64,000 nucleotides of DNA, taken from the NCBI GenBank assembly GCA_973895155.1, contig OZ316893.1, positions 3,578,490 to 3,642,489 of the forward strand, given 5' to 3'. The notes beneath the pieces were generated by a model, which was not told the origin of the DNA, ran no database searches, and saw only the letters and a program-made list of their open reading frames with translations. Below, one piece after another: positions 25,036-40,893 of the stretch (position 1 is its first letter; the number at the start of each line of letters is the position of its first letter). This DNA is from Marsupella aquatica. Its lineage: Eukaryota > Plantae > Marchantiophyta. The translations under genes and the position numbers were made by a program.

Positions 25036-28000
25036 GACTGAGCAGTTGAAGCTATCACAGTGATGGGTCATGGAACCAGCGCATTCACTGCGAGTTGCTC
25101 TGAATCGAGTTCTTCTACTACGATTATCACGGCCTCAGTTTGCCAAGTGAGCAATTTCACCCTGTAATCAAATGGAACAACAATTTTGCTTTCCTTATAA
25201 TGGCTGCCTGCTCACCTGACTCGGATCACTTTGTACTCTCAGCACCTGCCTGCAGCACTACTGACATCTCCGGGCTACCACTCACTGATTGCGGTTCAAT
25301 TGGAAGTAGTTTTTATCCTCTTTCAATCGTCCTCGTTCAATCCCATTCTAAGATTGAATGGGTCCATATGTGGCACTTGAAACGCCAGCCTTACAGTAAC
25401 TTTGCAGTACCCCTCCTCCTGTCCTGAGACAGGTACGTACATCTGAAACACGAATCCTGCTCTGCGGCATTGAAAACAAAGACAAATCCATATATTTAAT
25501 TGAGAAGTCCTGACAGGTTTCGTGTTGGCCGTCTGCGCTGCAACCGATCCACTCGAGTCTACAGTTCCTGAAAAATTGAAGCCAAATAGAACAACTTCTG
25601 CACGATGATTGCGAAGGACAGACGTCGGTGGTAACGAACGAAAGGCATAGAAATCCCCCCTCTATGCACGTGTGTATATGTGTGTGTGGACGGAGAATGT
25701 GCCGAGTACACAAATGACTCAAGGCGAAGGGAGAGAAACAGAAGAGCCTTTTACATGTTAAGCTGATTGTTGGATTTTAAATTACTATGTAATCACATTG
25801 ACAGGAACCACTCATTATTTATTAGGATTAATGTGCTACTGTTATATTCCAGTTGTACTTGGTACAATTTAGACTTGTTATTGTTATAGAGTAATGTGAC
25901 AAAGAGGGAGAACATAGTCTGTGCAGATTTGGTATGACCAATGGATTTAGAATTCAGTAAGGGCTCTCTTATGTGTTCGTGTGAACCTAACCTGTCAGTG
26001 GAAAGGTGAATCATATATCTCTTACATCTACTAGTTGTGTGTTTGATATCTTTGAGGAGGGGTAGATTACTCAACTGGTACTAGAGCATGCATCGAAGGT
26101 GATTATATTTTCAAAATCAATTTTCATGATGGTTTTTCCATCAAACTTAGTTTGTCAATAGTTTTTTGGAATTTGGTTGCATGGAACTTCATTGTTAAGG
26201 GCACATCAGATAGATTGATGTGAGGGAGTTCTAACAATATTTATAATTCATTGAACGGAACGTGAAGGGATTATTCAAAGATTTGGTTATTTTTGGAGAA
26301 AGTTGAAAATATTGACTTTTTGACTATTTTTATGGAAGAAGGGAGATTTTTTCCCTAGGCCCATACTCCTTATAAAACGATGGGGCCGACTTATGAACTA
26401 GCTTTTTTCTAGCCAGACCATCCTTGCTGACTATCAACTTCTGCGTCCCATCTAAGAGGGTACCCTTCATCAAGGCACTTATCAATAGGACAAAATTGAA
26501 AAATATAATACTAACAAGGGACTAACATATTGTTTTTTGTGGGTTTCACTTTTGTGCAAATGTGCAACAAGCATTAATATCGATTTCTAGGGGAAACTTG
26601 TTTCCCCTTTTAGTAAATTATTACTTTTCAGGGTGGTATAGCTCATCTTTCTGTCCTTGACTCATGCAAGCATGGAGCTGAGCACCTACAGTAGTACTGG
26701 GAATGGAAAAAGAAGAAGAGCCTTAAATGGGCAATTCTACAAAGGGGAGCATCAGTCGAGATCCATAGCCACCGAATGGTTCTTTATAGGAGTGACCAAC
26801 ACGAGTGAACAGAAGCACACTATGTGAGCTTCAAAAAGGTGCTCAGCATGTCCCCACCACTCCACTCTAGACCGGTACTGTTATTAGAGGTTGGTGGAGA
26901 TCGTCAGGTAGTTTGATGCAGCATGTACCATGAATGTGTACTCTTTAAAGAATCACGATAAATGCAGTCCCCGTCCTTAAGATATTCATAGCATCAATAT
27001 ACTCCTCCTGTGAGTGACACAAAAAGGTAAACTTCCCTTCGATCAACAGAGGATATAATGTAACTGTCAAGTCCTTGCGATGGGGTCCTCCCGATGAAAT
27101 AGCTTTTTATCCAACAGACTACAGTAGCTACAATGAGGAGGTTTTGGCCAGCTGGTTGATAGAATTGATCTGTGCCTGCCATTCTGTGCTCTCAGATCGA
27201 TTTCCCACAACGGCTTCAATTCCCAACTGCCTCGTCTGCAAAACTGCTCATCTGACCCTGCACAGTTGTTTCTAGACTGGCAAAATTTACTCGAGATTCT
27301 GAATTCCAGGCAAGGGTTATCGTTGTAGTTCGTGGTCCCTGCCTTTGGCACATATTGGGTTGTTGACGGTAAAGTAGGTTTGGCAGTACAATGTGGATGG
27401 ATGCTACTTTTGGAACCGATCTTAACCAAAGCAAAACTACTTTACCTTAATTAAGCAGACACGGATTTCGAGGACTTTCAGCTTTTCGGGAAATCATCGC
27501 TGACGATAGCGGGAAATCCATGTACCCGAATCATTGACGTGCAATCATTTAATTGCTATGGTTGAGATGCTACCAGGAAAACAGAACGTGAAGCCTCACC
27601 TTTGTCATTTTTTCCTTATCAATCTCCGTTTTTGTTTCCACTTTCTGTATTTTCGTCTTCGTGAAGTACGGTTGTTTCTTCGTGAAGGACTCATTATCCC
27701 CTTTTGATGCGAAGTAGAGGGAAAGATATTGGCTATGACCTAATATTGCCGATCTCTACCTTCGCTTCATACTTCTACCAATCAGTATTGTTTGGTTCCT
27801 CCGATAATCACTATTGTGCCTGTTCTTTTTTGCTAATGTGAATCTCGACCCTTTTGGCTTACTGGTCCTTCGAATCCTGGCATGCGGCCATCATCTGGGC
27901 AAGTTTACTTCCCCCCAAACCAGCTCTTGAGCTATGCTGCATCTGGCTTCCATACATACCGGGACGATCTCGTTATCCCTACAAATGAGGACTGAGTGTA

Positions 28001-30422
28001 TGACGGACATCTCTTGAACCATTCATTCCAACGGCTGACAAGGTGCTGGCTTCTACTACGTCTGTTAACTTGCTGTCAACAGCCTTCAAGGTGCAGGCTG
28101 CCTGGGTTCTAGCTGGTAGCAAACATGGAATATATGTCCATGGCACCGTAAGGGACAGTACCCAACATATCCATGTCCGTGCTTATGTCAGTGCCTCTCA
28201 CGCGTTGAGATGCTGGCCACCAAGATTGCAACTTCCCTAGCTCACTTCCCATCCAGGCCACTAGTACATGGGAAGAGTTGTGATGAACATTGCGGTCTTG
28301 TCTTCACCGTCTTGAGCCCGACTGCAGGGTCACTCAAGCCAACTGCCTTGTCATCCTACCTGGCTTGCGATCTAGAAACCAACCTCCATCTTGACAATGC
28401 AATAAGTCTGCAACGAGACCAAGGGAAGTGCAATTTAATCAACTCAGGTAGGATCACAATCCAACCTCCAGCTTGCCAATAAGTCTGCAACATATTTGCG
28501 ATGAAGAATTCCGCTTCAATCCATTAACTAAAACAGATTATATAATTATAGCACGTATGAGGGCAGCTCACAAAGGGAGACAAAATCCTGAAGGCCAAAA
28601 ACCAAAAGTAGAACTAACCAGAAAACTAGCAGGCGCCTACGACAGTCTGCAACTTGGTTTGTCGCAGCCAAGACAAGTGCATACTAATGAACACAACGTA
28701 GGATCACAAGACAACTGATAATAACGCAGCGTTTTCCCTAGTCTAGCTGGGTAGCGAAGTTCTGAACGAATTCCGAACAGTGGAAGCACTAGTCCGCCAG
28801 CAATCTCGCTAGCAACCACGTGGCCTGAAGATTGTCAACCATTGCGTGATGTAGGAGGCCCCCATTATATAGCAGGAGTCCGGAGATAATTATATAGAGA
28901 TCACCTCGCTGACTTATCACTAGTGCCCATTCAGCAACTGTGCGTCGACTGCCTGGAGATCCACAGCCTGTATTCATTCCTTATCAGATTGGATGTCATG
29001 TCGCAAATCTACGATAACGCCGACCACTTAATGGGTTTATCTTACACTCAGAACTATATGTCACATCTGACAGCTTTTGTCTGCTACATCTCTTCAAATT
29101 TTCAACTCCCATCTCAGAGTTTTAAGCGTTACAGCTTGGATTCTCTTGTACGTCTTGCAAGGGGTTTTTTAGTGGCAGAAATTCGCCAAATTCCACCTAC
29201 TCCTGAATCATTGACCACTTTTTCTGGGTCTCATTAGCCAGGTACCCACAAAACAACAGGTTGAGTAGCCACAATCTGACGGTTCTCCTTAAATATAGGG
29301 GGATCATAGTCAGGAATAAATGTAGGAATTGTATGAGTACTCCTAGCATCACCTCTCTGACACGAGGTACCGTTGGGCACACTGGCGAATTGAAAAACCC
29401 CTAAAGATTACCCTGACATGTTGCCTTATATCATATGTGGCCCATCTTGAAGCTTAAGGTTACACCTCACATGTACTGGCAGATTCTTTAATAGAATATT
29501 TTATAATTCCATAAAAATTTGCATCCAGTTACACGTGAAAGTTCTTGTAAAAGTAAGTGCCATGGATGCCAGCACCTTCCAGTACCTTGCTAATTTTCTG
29601 ACAGTTGCACATTTTGTAGGCAAGATCGTACGTCGTGCAAAGCGACACACGACGGCACCATCATTTTAGGCATGAGAACCAGGGTTAAGCAACTTCAAAC
29701 TTCGACTATCGCTGACAACATTGACTAACTTCAGAGGTGGCTTTCTGTCCGGTCTTTGGTGAAATCCAGCTTGGAATCATGTTTCATGAACAACGATGCT
29801 TGAAAGATAGAACCAAATTGCTCATGAATCTATATCTTTAGACATGCGCCAAATTGCTCATGAATCTATATCTTTAATGACGAAGTCAGCATGTCCTTAC
29901 ATGCTACTAGCCTCAAATTTTGTCTACTAGGGTATGTACACCTGCGCGTACTCAGGCATTCTGCAGAAACAAAACTTTCCTCGCAATGATTCTAGTAAAT
30001 TTAAACGCAAACTCAGGCAGAATAGAGTCTGAGAAATCTGTATCTAACTCCCAACTGCAGGGATGTTTCTCTTTGGATAAATAGAGATAAGAGGCAAACT
30101 GACTGGATGTGGAACTATCCGTCAGCATGTAGTAGAAGGAACAAGGAGAGTTATGCTTGCAATGCCACGATAGCATTCTCTCCTTGTATGCTAGAACATG
30201 GAACAATCTCCTCTCTGTTGCTGAACTGTGAGTTTATAACAATGGCCCTCGCTCAGCAATCCATGAACCACGAAAGAATATTTCCTTCCAGGGTCTCTCA
30301 ACACGCATCCTAATTCTAGTACTGTGAAAATACCTCATATATCTCCGAAGTTATACACTCTGAGGAGTTTTTCCTCAATCTAGCAGACAAAGCTTGGATT
30401 TCGATAAGAAACCCAACAAGCA

Positions 30423-33400
30423 CTACGCCCTTCCTTTGGCCGGGGTTTTTGTAGCTGCATTTTCTTTGACCTTTCCAGCTGGGCTGTCTGAAGAAGATTT
30501 CAGCTCTCCCTTTGCAGTACCGTTGCTTTCCACATCTTTTTGCATCACTGGTTGAAACTGCACAAAACAGAAAGGAAAAAGAAATGAATATATGAATCTT
30601 AAGAAGTAGAAACAGTCCACCAGCAACGTTACCAACGAAGAAAATTAGAAAAGGAAAGTTTGAGCAGAAGACCTGATAGACAGAGTAGATGACATTGCGT
30701 CTAATCTGTGCTGTCATTTCTGTAAAGAGGTTGAAACCTTCCAACTTGTACTCAATAAGTGGATCTCGTTGTGCGTAACCTCGTAGTCCCACAGCTTGTT
30801 GTAAGAATTTCAAAGCTTGCAAATGCTCCTTCCAGAGATTGTCTGTTTGAGTGAGGACAAAGTAACGCTCTGCCTCCTGAAACAGACCTGGCACCTTCGC
30901 TTCAACATCTCTCTGGCAAATTCCATGAAGTTCGGATGTAAGACCAGATAGAAATACATCAGTATGAAGTGATCCCTGTGTCTAAGATTCCATAATCCTC
31001 TCTTAGAAGCAAAATTGCGGAATGAGCAATCGTTACTCGTTAGAAAACAGCATAATCAGAAGTGCCACAAACCTTCTTCGTCAAGTAGGCTTCACGGCCA
31101 CGAAGACGTAGATAGTCACCCAAACTGTCATAAGTTCGACACTTTTCAGCCAGCACCTCTGGTGTTATATCTTCCAACATCGAACAGTATCTGATACAGC
31201 AAAGACAGTTCCATAATCAGTATATCTATTTAGCACTTGGCTAAAGCATCAGCAGATCTTGGAAAGGTCAGGGTAATGAACCTATGAAGACAAAAAGGCA
31301 GTCGGGCACTAAAGAAAACTTCACACTTACTGCTTCACTTTTGCAGCCAAAGCTTCCAAATTCCAATCCTCCTTTGGGGCCGTGGGATCAATATTGGCCT
31401 GTCCTTGACAATTTTGCAGATGCATTTTACATTAGCTTGTCGGCTCTCTGGCACATAGGACAACATATATAATGATTCTTCATCCTCCTCACCCTAATGA
31501 GAAATATTCAAATCTCCTGCAATACATGTTTTTTCTTTCAACGTATTCTACCTAAACTGCTTTTCTTCATTTGTGAATAGAAGAAGAAATCAATAACCTC
31601 TAGTATGTCATCCATTGTCAGCTCAGAGTACTCCAGGAGCAGCGCCTGGAGATTTTTTGCTTCTAACGCACGCCGGCGGTCAGCATAAATTCGGTCTCGC
31701 TGGCTGTTCAGAACTTCATCATACTCAAAGAGCTGCTTTCGAATGTCAAAGAAGTAACTCTCGACTTTCCTTTGGGCTTCATCAAGAGCCTTGGTTAGCA
31801 TCTTCGACTCAATCGGTAGATCTTCAACCCTGAACGCTTTCATTAAACCCTGCACATATGCTCTGTTGTTAGAAGCAGAAGTGACAAGCACATTCATGGG
31901 TATTCAGGCACATCAGCAAGTAGAGAGACATCGGTGTCAATGCAGATAACTCTACTAGGCACTTTCATAAATGCAAAGATACACATCAGACGTGTTTTGA
32001 AGAAGACCTGTATCCGATCACCACCAAATATCCGGAATATATTATCCTCCAGACTAAGGAAGAAACGAGAACTGCCGGGATCACCCTGTCTCCCACTGCG
32101 ACCACGAAGCTAAAACACCCAAACTTTCTGCTCAGTACACGCGTGAAGCATATGATAGTTATAGCACTCAACCGATGCATCACGTAACGGAGAGAAGAAA
32201 ACTAGATAATCCGAGAAACAGAAAAGCCGTATAAAAAAAACCGGTCAACAAGAGATAGGCAATAGGGAAATTCCGGGACTTTTCGGAGGTTTCAGGTGGT
32301 TTCTTACCTGGTTGTCTATTCGGCGTGATTCATGTCTTTCAGTACCAACAACATGAAGCCCACCAGATGCAACAACCTGGACACAGGTGATATAACACAT
32401 AGACCACAAGAATCAGGATTTTGCTGAACGAGTGTTCTTTCTTGACAATTATTGACGTTGAAATATGACAACCATGTTGAGCATCTTACTTGTTTCCTTT
32501 CTTCTTCAGTATACGCCTTAAATTCTGTTCGAATAGCTCCAAGTGCCTCTCGAAGCTGAAGTATCACAGCATCTTCGGTGGGGCCCTGTCACCAGCAAAG
32601 CAACCTTACCCAGTCAAAAACTGTGTTTCACTCTTGACAATCAAATGGTCTCGCCCATCATAGAATTTACCTATCACCGTGGTTCAAAATCAACAACTTC
32701 CTAGACTATCTTCAAAGATATATCTCTAACTTGAAGCATGAACGTGAAGCTCATGTGGGAAACCCTTGAGAAAAGCCTTTTGGATATCTACCACTCTCCA
32801 TGCCTTGCCTGTACGAGAACATGTAAACTTCGCAATTGATTCAAATCAAGCAAACTTCCATCCCCATTCAAACGACCTGGCCAGGGGAAGAGGGAATACG
32901 AGCTCACTTTTTCACAAGCGTAAGACAATCTGTCTTCAGCTTCAAGATCTGCCAGAGACTTTTCTCCCCATGTTTTCACTGCAGCTTCAACTGCTCTTGT
33001 AGCCAAAGAAATGGTGTCTTCTGAGAGCTCACAGGGGAAAAGACTCGCACTAACCTGCAGCACGACATCAAATTTCAAAGTCCAAACACATTTTACTCAA
33101 GAACTTCAACAACGTGCTCCAGACGCATGCAGAAACGTTCAGTCTCTACAAATCGATGTTGAGTCTTTGAAATAAGCTTCTAACCTTCCAGCTTTTCTTT
33201 GGCGGCAGTTTCTGGTTCTTTTGGAAAGGAATTTCATCATCACTTAGTCGCACAACCCTGTTATGCATAAGAATATTAATCCAACAATCAACTTCAATGG
33301 CAATGTAGGAGATAGAAGCTAGCATGGTAGCCGTACGGTCTCCTTCCTCGCGACAAAGAAATAAAGAGTACCAGTCCAAAACTCTTACAATGATTGGATA

Positions 33401-36400
33401 CGCTAAATAGAATACCTTTGCTCTATGTCCAAAGCAATTCAGAAGCTGATCAAGCGATTTAGTTAATATCCTCAGAAAAGTACAAAAGAACGATATGCTG
33501 ACCTTGGCATTAGAATTTCCCTTAATTTCAGCTTTGCCATGAAATCTGAATTTCCTCCTAGAATGATATCCGTTCCCCGACCGGCCATATTTGTCGCAAT
33601 TGTAACTGCTCCCACACGACCACTTTGAGCTACAATCTCTGCTTCCCTCTCTACGTTTTCAGGCTTGGCATTCAGAACCTAAGACAGAAAATCGTTGGGG
33701 GGTCAACTAGATCCTCTTACAAAAATGGAAGTTTGATTCTTGATGATTGACCGTGCAGAGAATCCACTTCAATGAGCCACAAGAACGGATCTGTGGTGAG
33801 TGCCAAAACTATCAGCCAAGTTGCGGACAGAAACATCCAATAATGACAATGGAAGGATTTCATTCATGAAATACTCACCTGATGAGGGATGTTTGCTTCA
33901 GTCAGCTTCCCCGAGAGAGCTTCGCTTTGCTCTACACTTGTGGTACCCACCAAAACAGGTCGCCCAGCTTTCCGCATTCTTGATATCTCCACCACTGCGG
34001 CTCGCCACTTGCCCGATACATTCCTGAAGACAACATCTGATTCGTCCTGCATGCCCATCCCAGTAAATTTTAGCCCGGATAGTCTCTTCCAAAAGAAAAC
34101 AGAACATACAATCCAGGATCCCTTCTGAAATTGATAAGAAAACGTAAACTTTCAAGTGAGGCAAGAGCGGCAACTAACAATCGCACAATAAGAACTTTGA
34201 CTTGTAAACAAACATCAAACGAGATAGCTAAACCATCATTGGAACAGCAGGAAGGACCGCAAAGGGACCCATTTACCTTCCGAACCATCGGCCTGTTGGT
34301 GGGCACGACAGCAACCTTGAGCTTATAGATACTTTTAAATTCTTCACCTTCAGTTGCTGCAGTTCCAGTCATCCCACAAAGTCTGGAGTACTGTAGAAAG
34401 AAGTTCTGATAACTAATGGAAGCTAGGGTAACAGTTTCATTTTGAATTGTTAATTTCTCCTTTGCCTCCACTGCTTGATGGAGACCATCACTCCATCGTC
34501 TTCCCTGGTAACCCATGTGAGGTTGTCAATATGGGCATTATAGCACTGCCGTCAGAAAGTCATTTTATGCAGAGCCTAGATGGTCACTAACCCGACACAC
34601 GCAACAAAGAAAATAGTTCATTTATGCCTTCTTTGATTGCCAAATAGGTAAAATTTAGCTTCCCTTGAAAAGAGGACTGGTGGACGTATTCCTGTTCTAA
34701 GTTTGTCTACTAGAACTTAAATTAGAGTCAAACATAAACAGGATGCATGTTTACTTGTTTGACTGCCGATGGGAGCTCGAAAAGTTCACCTTCCCTGTCA
34801 TTTATGGCGCAGTAACAAAAACAGTGTTTTGAGGATTTTTCGAGAAAAGTTTTGAGCTAGACTGGAGTACGATGATTGAGATAAAGTTTACCTGCATTAC
34901 TCTCCCAGTGAACTCGTCAACTATTAGAACTTCTTTGTTGCGAATGATGTAATTCACGTCCTTCAAAAATAGCTCCTTAGCTTTTAAAGCGTTTGTCAAG
35001 TATGAAGCCCATTGCTCCCGAGGATCATAGAGGTCGTTCACATTCAGTATTTCTTCAGCGGCCTCGTACCCTTGCTCAGTCAGTAAAATAGATTTTTGTT
35101 TTTCGTCAACCTGATAGTTCCAAAGGTCCGTGAGATTAAACGTCAAATATAAAACTGAGGTAAAATTTGTGGGTGAAAATGACTTCATGATACTTCTAAC
35201 AAAACGTCACCTCCTGGACAAAGCCGTATCAAAACCAGGTGATTACATCTCCATTTAATGAAGGAACTTATGGGGTTACACAATTACCGTGTAATGCGTG
35301 TCACGCTCGAATGCAGAAGCAATCTTAGCTGCTTTGTAATACCGATCACTGGGCTTCTCAGCCGACCCAGATATAATGAGAGGTGTCCGGGCTTCATCAA
35401 TCAGAATTGAGTCTACTTCATCTATGACACAGAAGTTGAAGCCCCGAAGAACAAGGTCATCAATGCTCTGCATCCAGTAATTCTCTCGTGTCAGGATCGC
35501 CACAGAACAACAAACCTGAATTTCTAAAGTAGGCCAAACGCAAAAATGGCAACTTACTACCACTGAGGTTGGAACTGAAACAAGAAGAAAGAAAATCTGC
35601 ACTTCTCACACTTAGTCCAAACCTCGACGAAAGATCTAATTGCCCAGATAAACGGTGGAAGAAGACTTCTAACAGATAGCCACTAACGTTGAGAGTGTTT
35701 TTCACCGACCACACTGGCAGCAATAATCGTAGTTAGTTTTGACAAAATGGACGCTGGTGATGGCGATGGAGGTGATTGAAGTATGCATGGCTACGAACTA
35801 CAAAACTGGAAAGTAAAGATCCCCAGAAGACGATTGGAGCGCGCATACAAACATTGAAGAGCAAGCAAGCTTACAGTGGCCAAATTATCTCGAAGGAAGT
35901 CAAAGCCGAGCTCGCTGTTGGTGACATACGTGATATCACAACCGTAATTATCTCGCCGCTCTTGACTCGTCATTCCCTCTGCCATTTGGAATAATATGAG
36001 CTCCGCCCTTGAAGGGATAGTGAAGAGAACAGGAAAACGGGGACGACCAGAACTGTGCTTACAGATGGCAACAACTAGAAGGGAAAGAACCTTACGTTGA
36101 ATGAGGCCGACTCGGAGTCCTAGGAAGCGGTGAACTTGACCCACCCACTCACAATCACGTCGAGCCAAGTAGTCATTGACAGTTACCACGTGGACTCCCT
36201 TCCCTGAGAGTGCATTCAGAAAAGATGGCAGCACTGCCACTAAAGTCTTTCCTTCGCCAGTTCTCATCTCAGCAATCTGTCCTTTATGCAGCACCATTCC
36301 TCCTATCATTCCACCCCAATGTCGTTCAAGAGACTGGTTAGAGACACCGGTGGCATGACTACTCTAAAGGACCCAGTTCCGACAAACCGCATCCAAATTG

Positions 36401-37947
36401 GTTGTTTTCGTTCTTATTTCTTCTCATGTTAAGCTTCTCGATTACTGAATTTTTTCTCTTGTATTTTCACACTGATGTGCAGGAACAGCAATGCTGGACT
36501 TGCTGCATGTACGAGGAGTAGATGCCCTCTAAGTACTTTATTTCCCCTTCATATCTCTTTCTGTTGATGAGTCTCCCTAGAGAGTATTTCCACCGTGTAG
36601 AGTCACAATGACATGCAGAGAGGAATGTCATGAAATTCCAACATTCTCCATTTCTAACTTTTCGGCACATTAATTTCCCGGGTCTGAGATGCCTCACTTA
36701 TTTCTTCATACTGAAAGCAGGAATAGCCGTACTTGGTTCTCTACCACTGCACAGGGATTAGTCTCATCCGAATTTGATTTTATTTTCGGCTGACTTATTT
36801 CGCTCAATACATGAATTCCCCTAGCCTTGAAATGCTTCCTTCATATCTACAAACTGAAATGTAGAAACGGGCATGCAGGGTTTTCTACACGCGTACATGG
36901 ATTCAATATCATCCACGTTCCGTTTTTGCCCTGCTTTTCTCTCCGGCCTGGAGGTGACTCATTCAAATCGTCTTACGGATATGTACAAGTCACCAGGCTA
37001 AATTCACTTTCCTTGTGCGTGGACCCAATTCCCAATCGACCTCAGAACCTTTCCCTGCTTCTTTTCATTCCACACTGCATTCATGAATATGTCCCGCGTG
37101 CGAACGGAAACGTTCCATTCCATCCATGAATCTCTCCTCAGCCAAAAAGCGAAGAGAAGCTCAAAATGAGAGTTCAGGCATTACCGATGAACTGCACGTC
37201 AAAGGGCCGCAGACCAAGAACCCTTTTTGAGCCTTCTCGTACAGTAGCGAACGCCTCCTGCACCATTTACAGAACAGGACGGACAAACCAGACGGTGTCA
37301 ATAAATTAAGGACGAAATCCGTTCGGCAGAATTGATCTTGAGCCAGAAATCCAGGCATTCAGGAATGCATACATGTGTAGAAAGGGAGTGCAGGATTGTA
37401 CAGGTAGAAGAGACTCCAAAGATTCGCCAGCTCGCGCCCGTTTCTGCAATGCTGCTGTGATTTCTCTCAGCTCGTCATCCGATTTCTGGCTCATCATGGA
37501 CTCCAGTGCGTTAACTTGATTCACGGTTGAATTATACTCCTGGCGTGTGGACTCTCCCAAATCTGCTCCTTTGAACATCCCGCCAAACATCTCCCCGAGC
37601 ATGGACGCGGATACCGAGACGTCCCTGTCGTCACGAGGCGGAAGAAGGCCCCCACGTCCATGGCTGATGCCCCAATCACCTGCTGCGCCCCATAGCCCTC
37701 CTCCACTGCCTCCTAGTCTCTGCTGCTGGCCGGAGCAATCTGCGCTGAGAGACCGCTGCAAACCAGCAGCAGCAGCAAACTGTCGGGCAGGTGGTGACGA
37801 TCCAAGCACACCGGATTGTATCGAGGATGTGCGTGCCAGCACCGGCGCATGGCGCTGATGCACTGCTGTACTGCCCTGTCCCCCGGACGCAACCCCCACC
37901 CCCGCCACCTCGTGGCAGAGCACCGCGGCCACTGCATGAGAAGCCAT
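30423..37947 (-). CDS. SECA1: Chloroplast preprotein translocase subunit SecA1, ~19 exons
   Basis: ATG at 37947 with a transit-peptide-like N-terminus. Motifs: LGLRPFDVQ, Walker [99 protein letters not shown]. Canonical GT-AG introns, in frame where checked. Confidence 0.96.
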
Positions 37948-39488
37948 TCCGTCCTGTATTCCTCGCAGCAGCACCACCAGCACCACCAGTACCACCTCAC
38001 ACGAGGAAGAAAAAATGTCCTTCCACAGTAAAGACGAAATCGTCTAATCCAACAATTCCGCAATCCACAATGCCCGAGCTAAGTGAGGACTCTCTCGAAC
38101 GAAATTGCTGTCCGTCCGTCCGCAGGGAGAAATCGCAGGGACAGACGATGCCAATTCTTCACAAAAAAAATTCAGCTACTTGTTCGACCACGATGACCCC
38201 GATCACCCTCGAGACGTTCAAGTGCGCCTCAGGAGGAGCCATCGTTGCAGAAACATCAACAGCAATTGAGACATCAAATTCAAAGATCAAGCACCGAATG
38301 GTCGAATAGCTCGTGCACAGCTAGTGTTCGTAGAGAAAAGGCTTTCTTTGCGGAGCTCGAGAAAATGCTCACTAGACATAGCTGCGAGCGAATTGATGGG
38401 GGCAGCGTCTCAGTATAGCTGATACTGAGCTTGCTGCTCGACTGAATTGGACGAATCAAACGGGCACTCCCAAAGAGTGAGAGAGAGGTAAAACTCCGGC
38501 ATCCCCTGAAGCAACATACTTGCTCTGTGCCCTCATCTTCTTTGGGGAGGCATCGTAGCCTCTCCTTCCTTCTATCCACTCATAATACCAGGCTCAGCTC
38601 AAACGTCTCGATGTTAACTTATCAGTAGTATTAGTGTCTACTTTTTCAGGGGTTCTTCCTCCCCCTGTGAGATGGAGAGTGGAGCCAAGTAACTCAAAAA
38701 AATGGATGTAGATGGTTGGATTCAAACCATCTAATGGCTGAATATTTACTTGGTGACGTGGAATTTTGACAGAATTTTCAGATTTACAGAAGTGTCTAAC
38801 TGGACCCGTAACCAGGTAACTATAGGATAACCAATGTCTGTAGCAAGGGTTGGTAGGCTATAACTTTTCTTAGGAAGAAAGGTTACCTTTGTGTAACCTT
38901 TTCTACTAGGTGCTACTCTAAACCCTAAACCCTATGCCCAAAAAGTCTTACTCGGTAATTCTTTTTTCCGGACGGGTATTACTTATGATAATGATTGTTT
39001 CAACTGGGGTTCTATTGTGAAACATGTTCCCACAAAGGTCAGAAAAACTTCCCAGCTGCTGCCGATCAGCATTTCCTCACTTTCTAGTCACAGGGTTATA
39101 GGCTAATAACCCTAGACCAAATTGTCATTATCCTATATGTAAATCCTGTCTGGAGAAACATTGCCCCACTGTATATTTGCGGGCACCAGATTGTCAGAAT
39201 AGGAAAATGGACAAGAAATGGTTACCCACCAAGTTTAAACCTTTATTCCATACAGAATTAATTACCTGTACGGCTAGGGCGCCTTATAAGTCGGCTGTAC
39301 CAGGATAGTATCTTCCTATAACTCAAAACTTATGAGAACTCGCATAAAAGTCATATGAGTGGCAGTCCTGTAAGAAAAGCAGGTGGGCGCAATACTTAAC
39401 CAATAACTTTAACCATAACTGGGTCCTTGAGTTATGGGATTAACCCTGAATCTGTAACTCATGCCCTCGCCCGAGTTCTGACTTGTTC

Positions 39489-39680
39489 TACTGTAGTTAC
39501 CTGGCACAGTGGGTTTAGTACTCCCACCAGGTAAGGTAGTACTGTAAGTACTTGGCACAATGGATTTAATACTCCAACCAAGTAAGGTAGCACTGTAGTT
39601 AATTGGTGCAGAGGATTTAGTACTCCAGCCAGGTACGATAGTACTGTACAATTGCTTGGCACAGCTCAGATTTAATACAA
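39489..39680. repeat. 51-bp minisatellite, ~3.5 copies, in the AT-rich SecA-RsmH spacer
   Basis: Unit approximates tactgtagttacctggcacagtgggtttagtactcccaccaggtaaggtag, repeated with substitutions. Confidence 0.8.
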
Positions 39681-40893
39681 TGGGTAAAGGGCAAATCTGA
39701 TGTGAAATCACCAAAAGTGTCATCAGTAAAATAATAGTCATTGTTGAATAAGCAGCATTGAATCCATAGGGTTCATCACAAGGTTGGTACAAGGAATGAG
39801 CATGAACATTAATAAGGTGGGTACTAGGAATAAGGGTCCATATTGGGCCACCTCCTTCATGAATCAACTCGGGACACCACTACTCAATGAAAGCTCTTGT
39901 GGGATAGTGGTATATGCATTGCACTGTGGTTAGTGGCATAAGAGCATCTCCAACCCAACAGGGTTTTGGCATAAGAACATCTCAAACTCAAAGGGGTTTT
40001 GTTACACTAACATGTAACAAGGTTTTGACCAAACCTAATAAAGAAAAATACAAAAAGGTCCAACCCACTCATTGGAATGTTATTGGATTTTCAGGAACAG
40101 GTTGTTTTTAATACTGGATCTGTATGTGGAAGAGATTAGACCATAGTTAACTCCTTACATTGCTGGGTTTTCAAGATTTCAATCTATGGTTGTCAGATGC
40201 TGAGACCTGCTGTTAGAGAAATTACCTTGTCATGGATGGGGTTTCTTTTCAGTTGACCATGATAGATATGGACAATGAACTACAAAAAGGGGACCTTGTC
40301 CAACTGCATATTTAATGTACCCAACAAGCAAAACCCTGTTGGGTTGGAGATGCTCCTGCCAACTCTGTAAAATGCCCTGCAGAGGTTTCCAATTACGAAA
40401 CATTCCGCAAATAACACAAATCAGAGTGCCGCGCTGAAAATATAAAGTCTGTATCAATCTCTGGAGCGTATGCTCTATAGCAAAGTGGCAGTGGGATGGT
40501 GGCAAGTTTAGCTGTAGGCACCAGGTCGGAAGGCAAATGTGAGCTTCAACAGAGTTGGGGTAATTATCATTTATAGAACTCATTGCAATGAGAAGTTAGA
40601 GTTGAGGTCTAGATTTCTAGAGTGAAACCTCTAGATGGTGACTCTATGATCCCACCAGAATTTATGTGGATGGAAAAACTATGTCATATTGTGCACATCA
40701 AAAGGATGATCATCTATGTTTGTGATCATGTCTATTAACATTCCAAGAATGTACATTCAGGCCCTTGTTTTAAATCACTCAATGTGCCAATTACTCTAAG
40801 AAGACTGCTCTCCCACTCTATTGGTAGTTCCCATGGAAGCTTGGCAAAACTGACTATTTAATAGGTAAAGTCACCTATATCTCTGCATGGAAC

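Noticed and set aside
28040-28500. Possible decayed receptor-kinase fragment on the minus strand
   Set aside because: Only vague resemblance; no HRD/DFG/APE motifs were found.
38918-38935. Telomere-like aaaccct repeats (also ~44830)
   Set aside because: Only two units each, which is common in plant intergenic DNA.
39409-39867. 152-aa ORF with 17-aa repeats
   Set aside because: It is a by-product of the 51-bp minisatellite in TE-like DNA, with no gene features.
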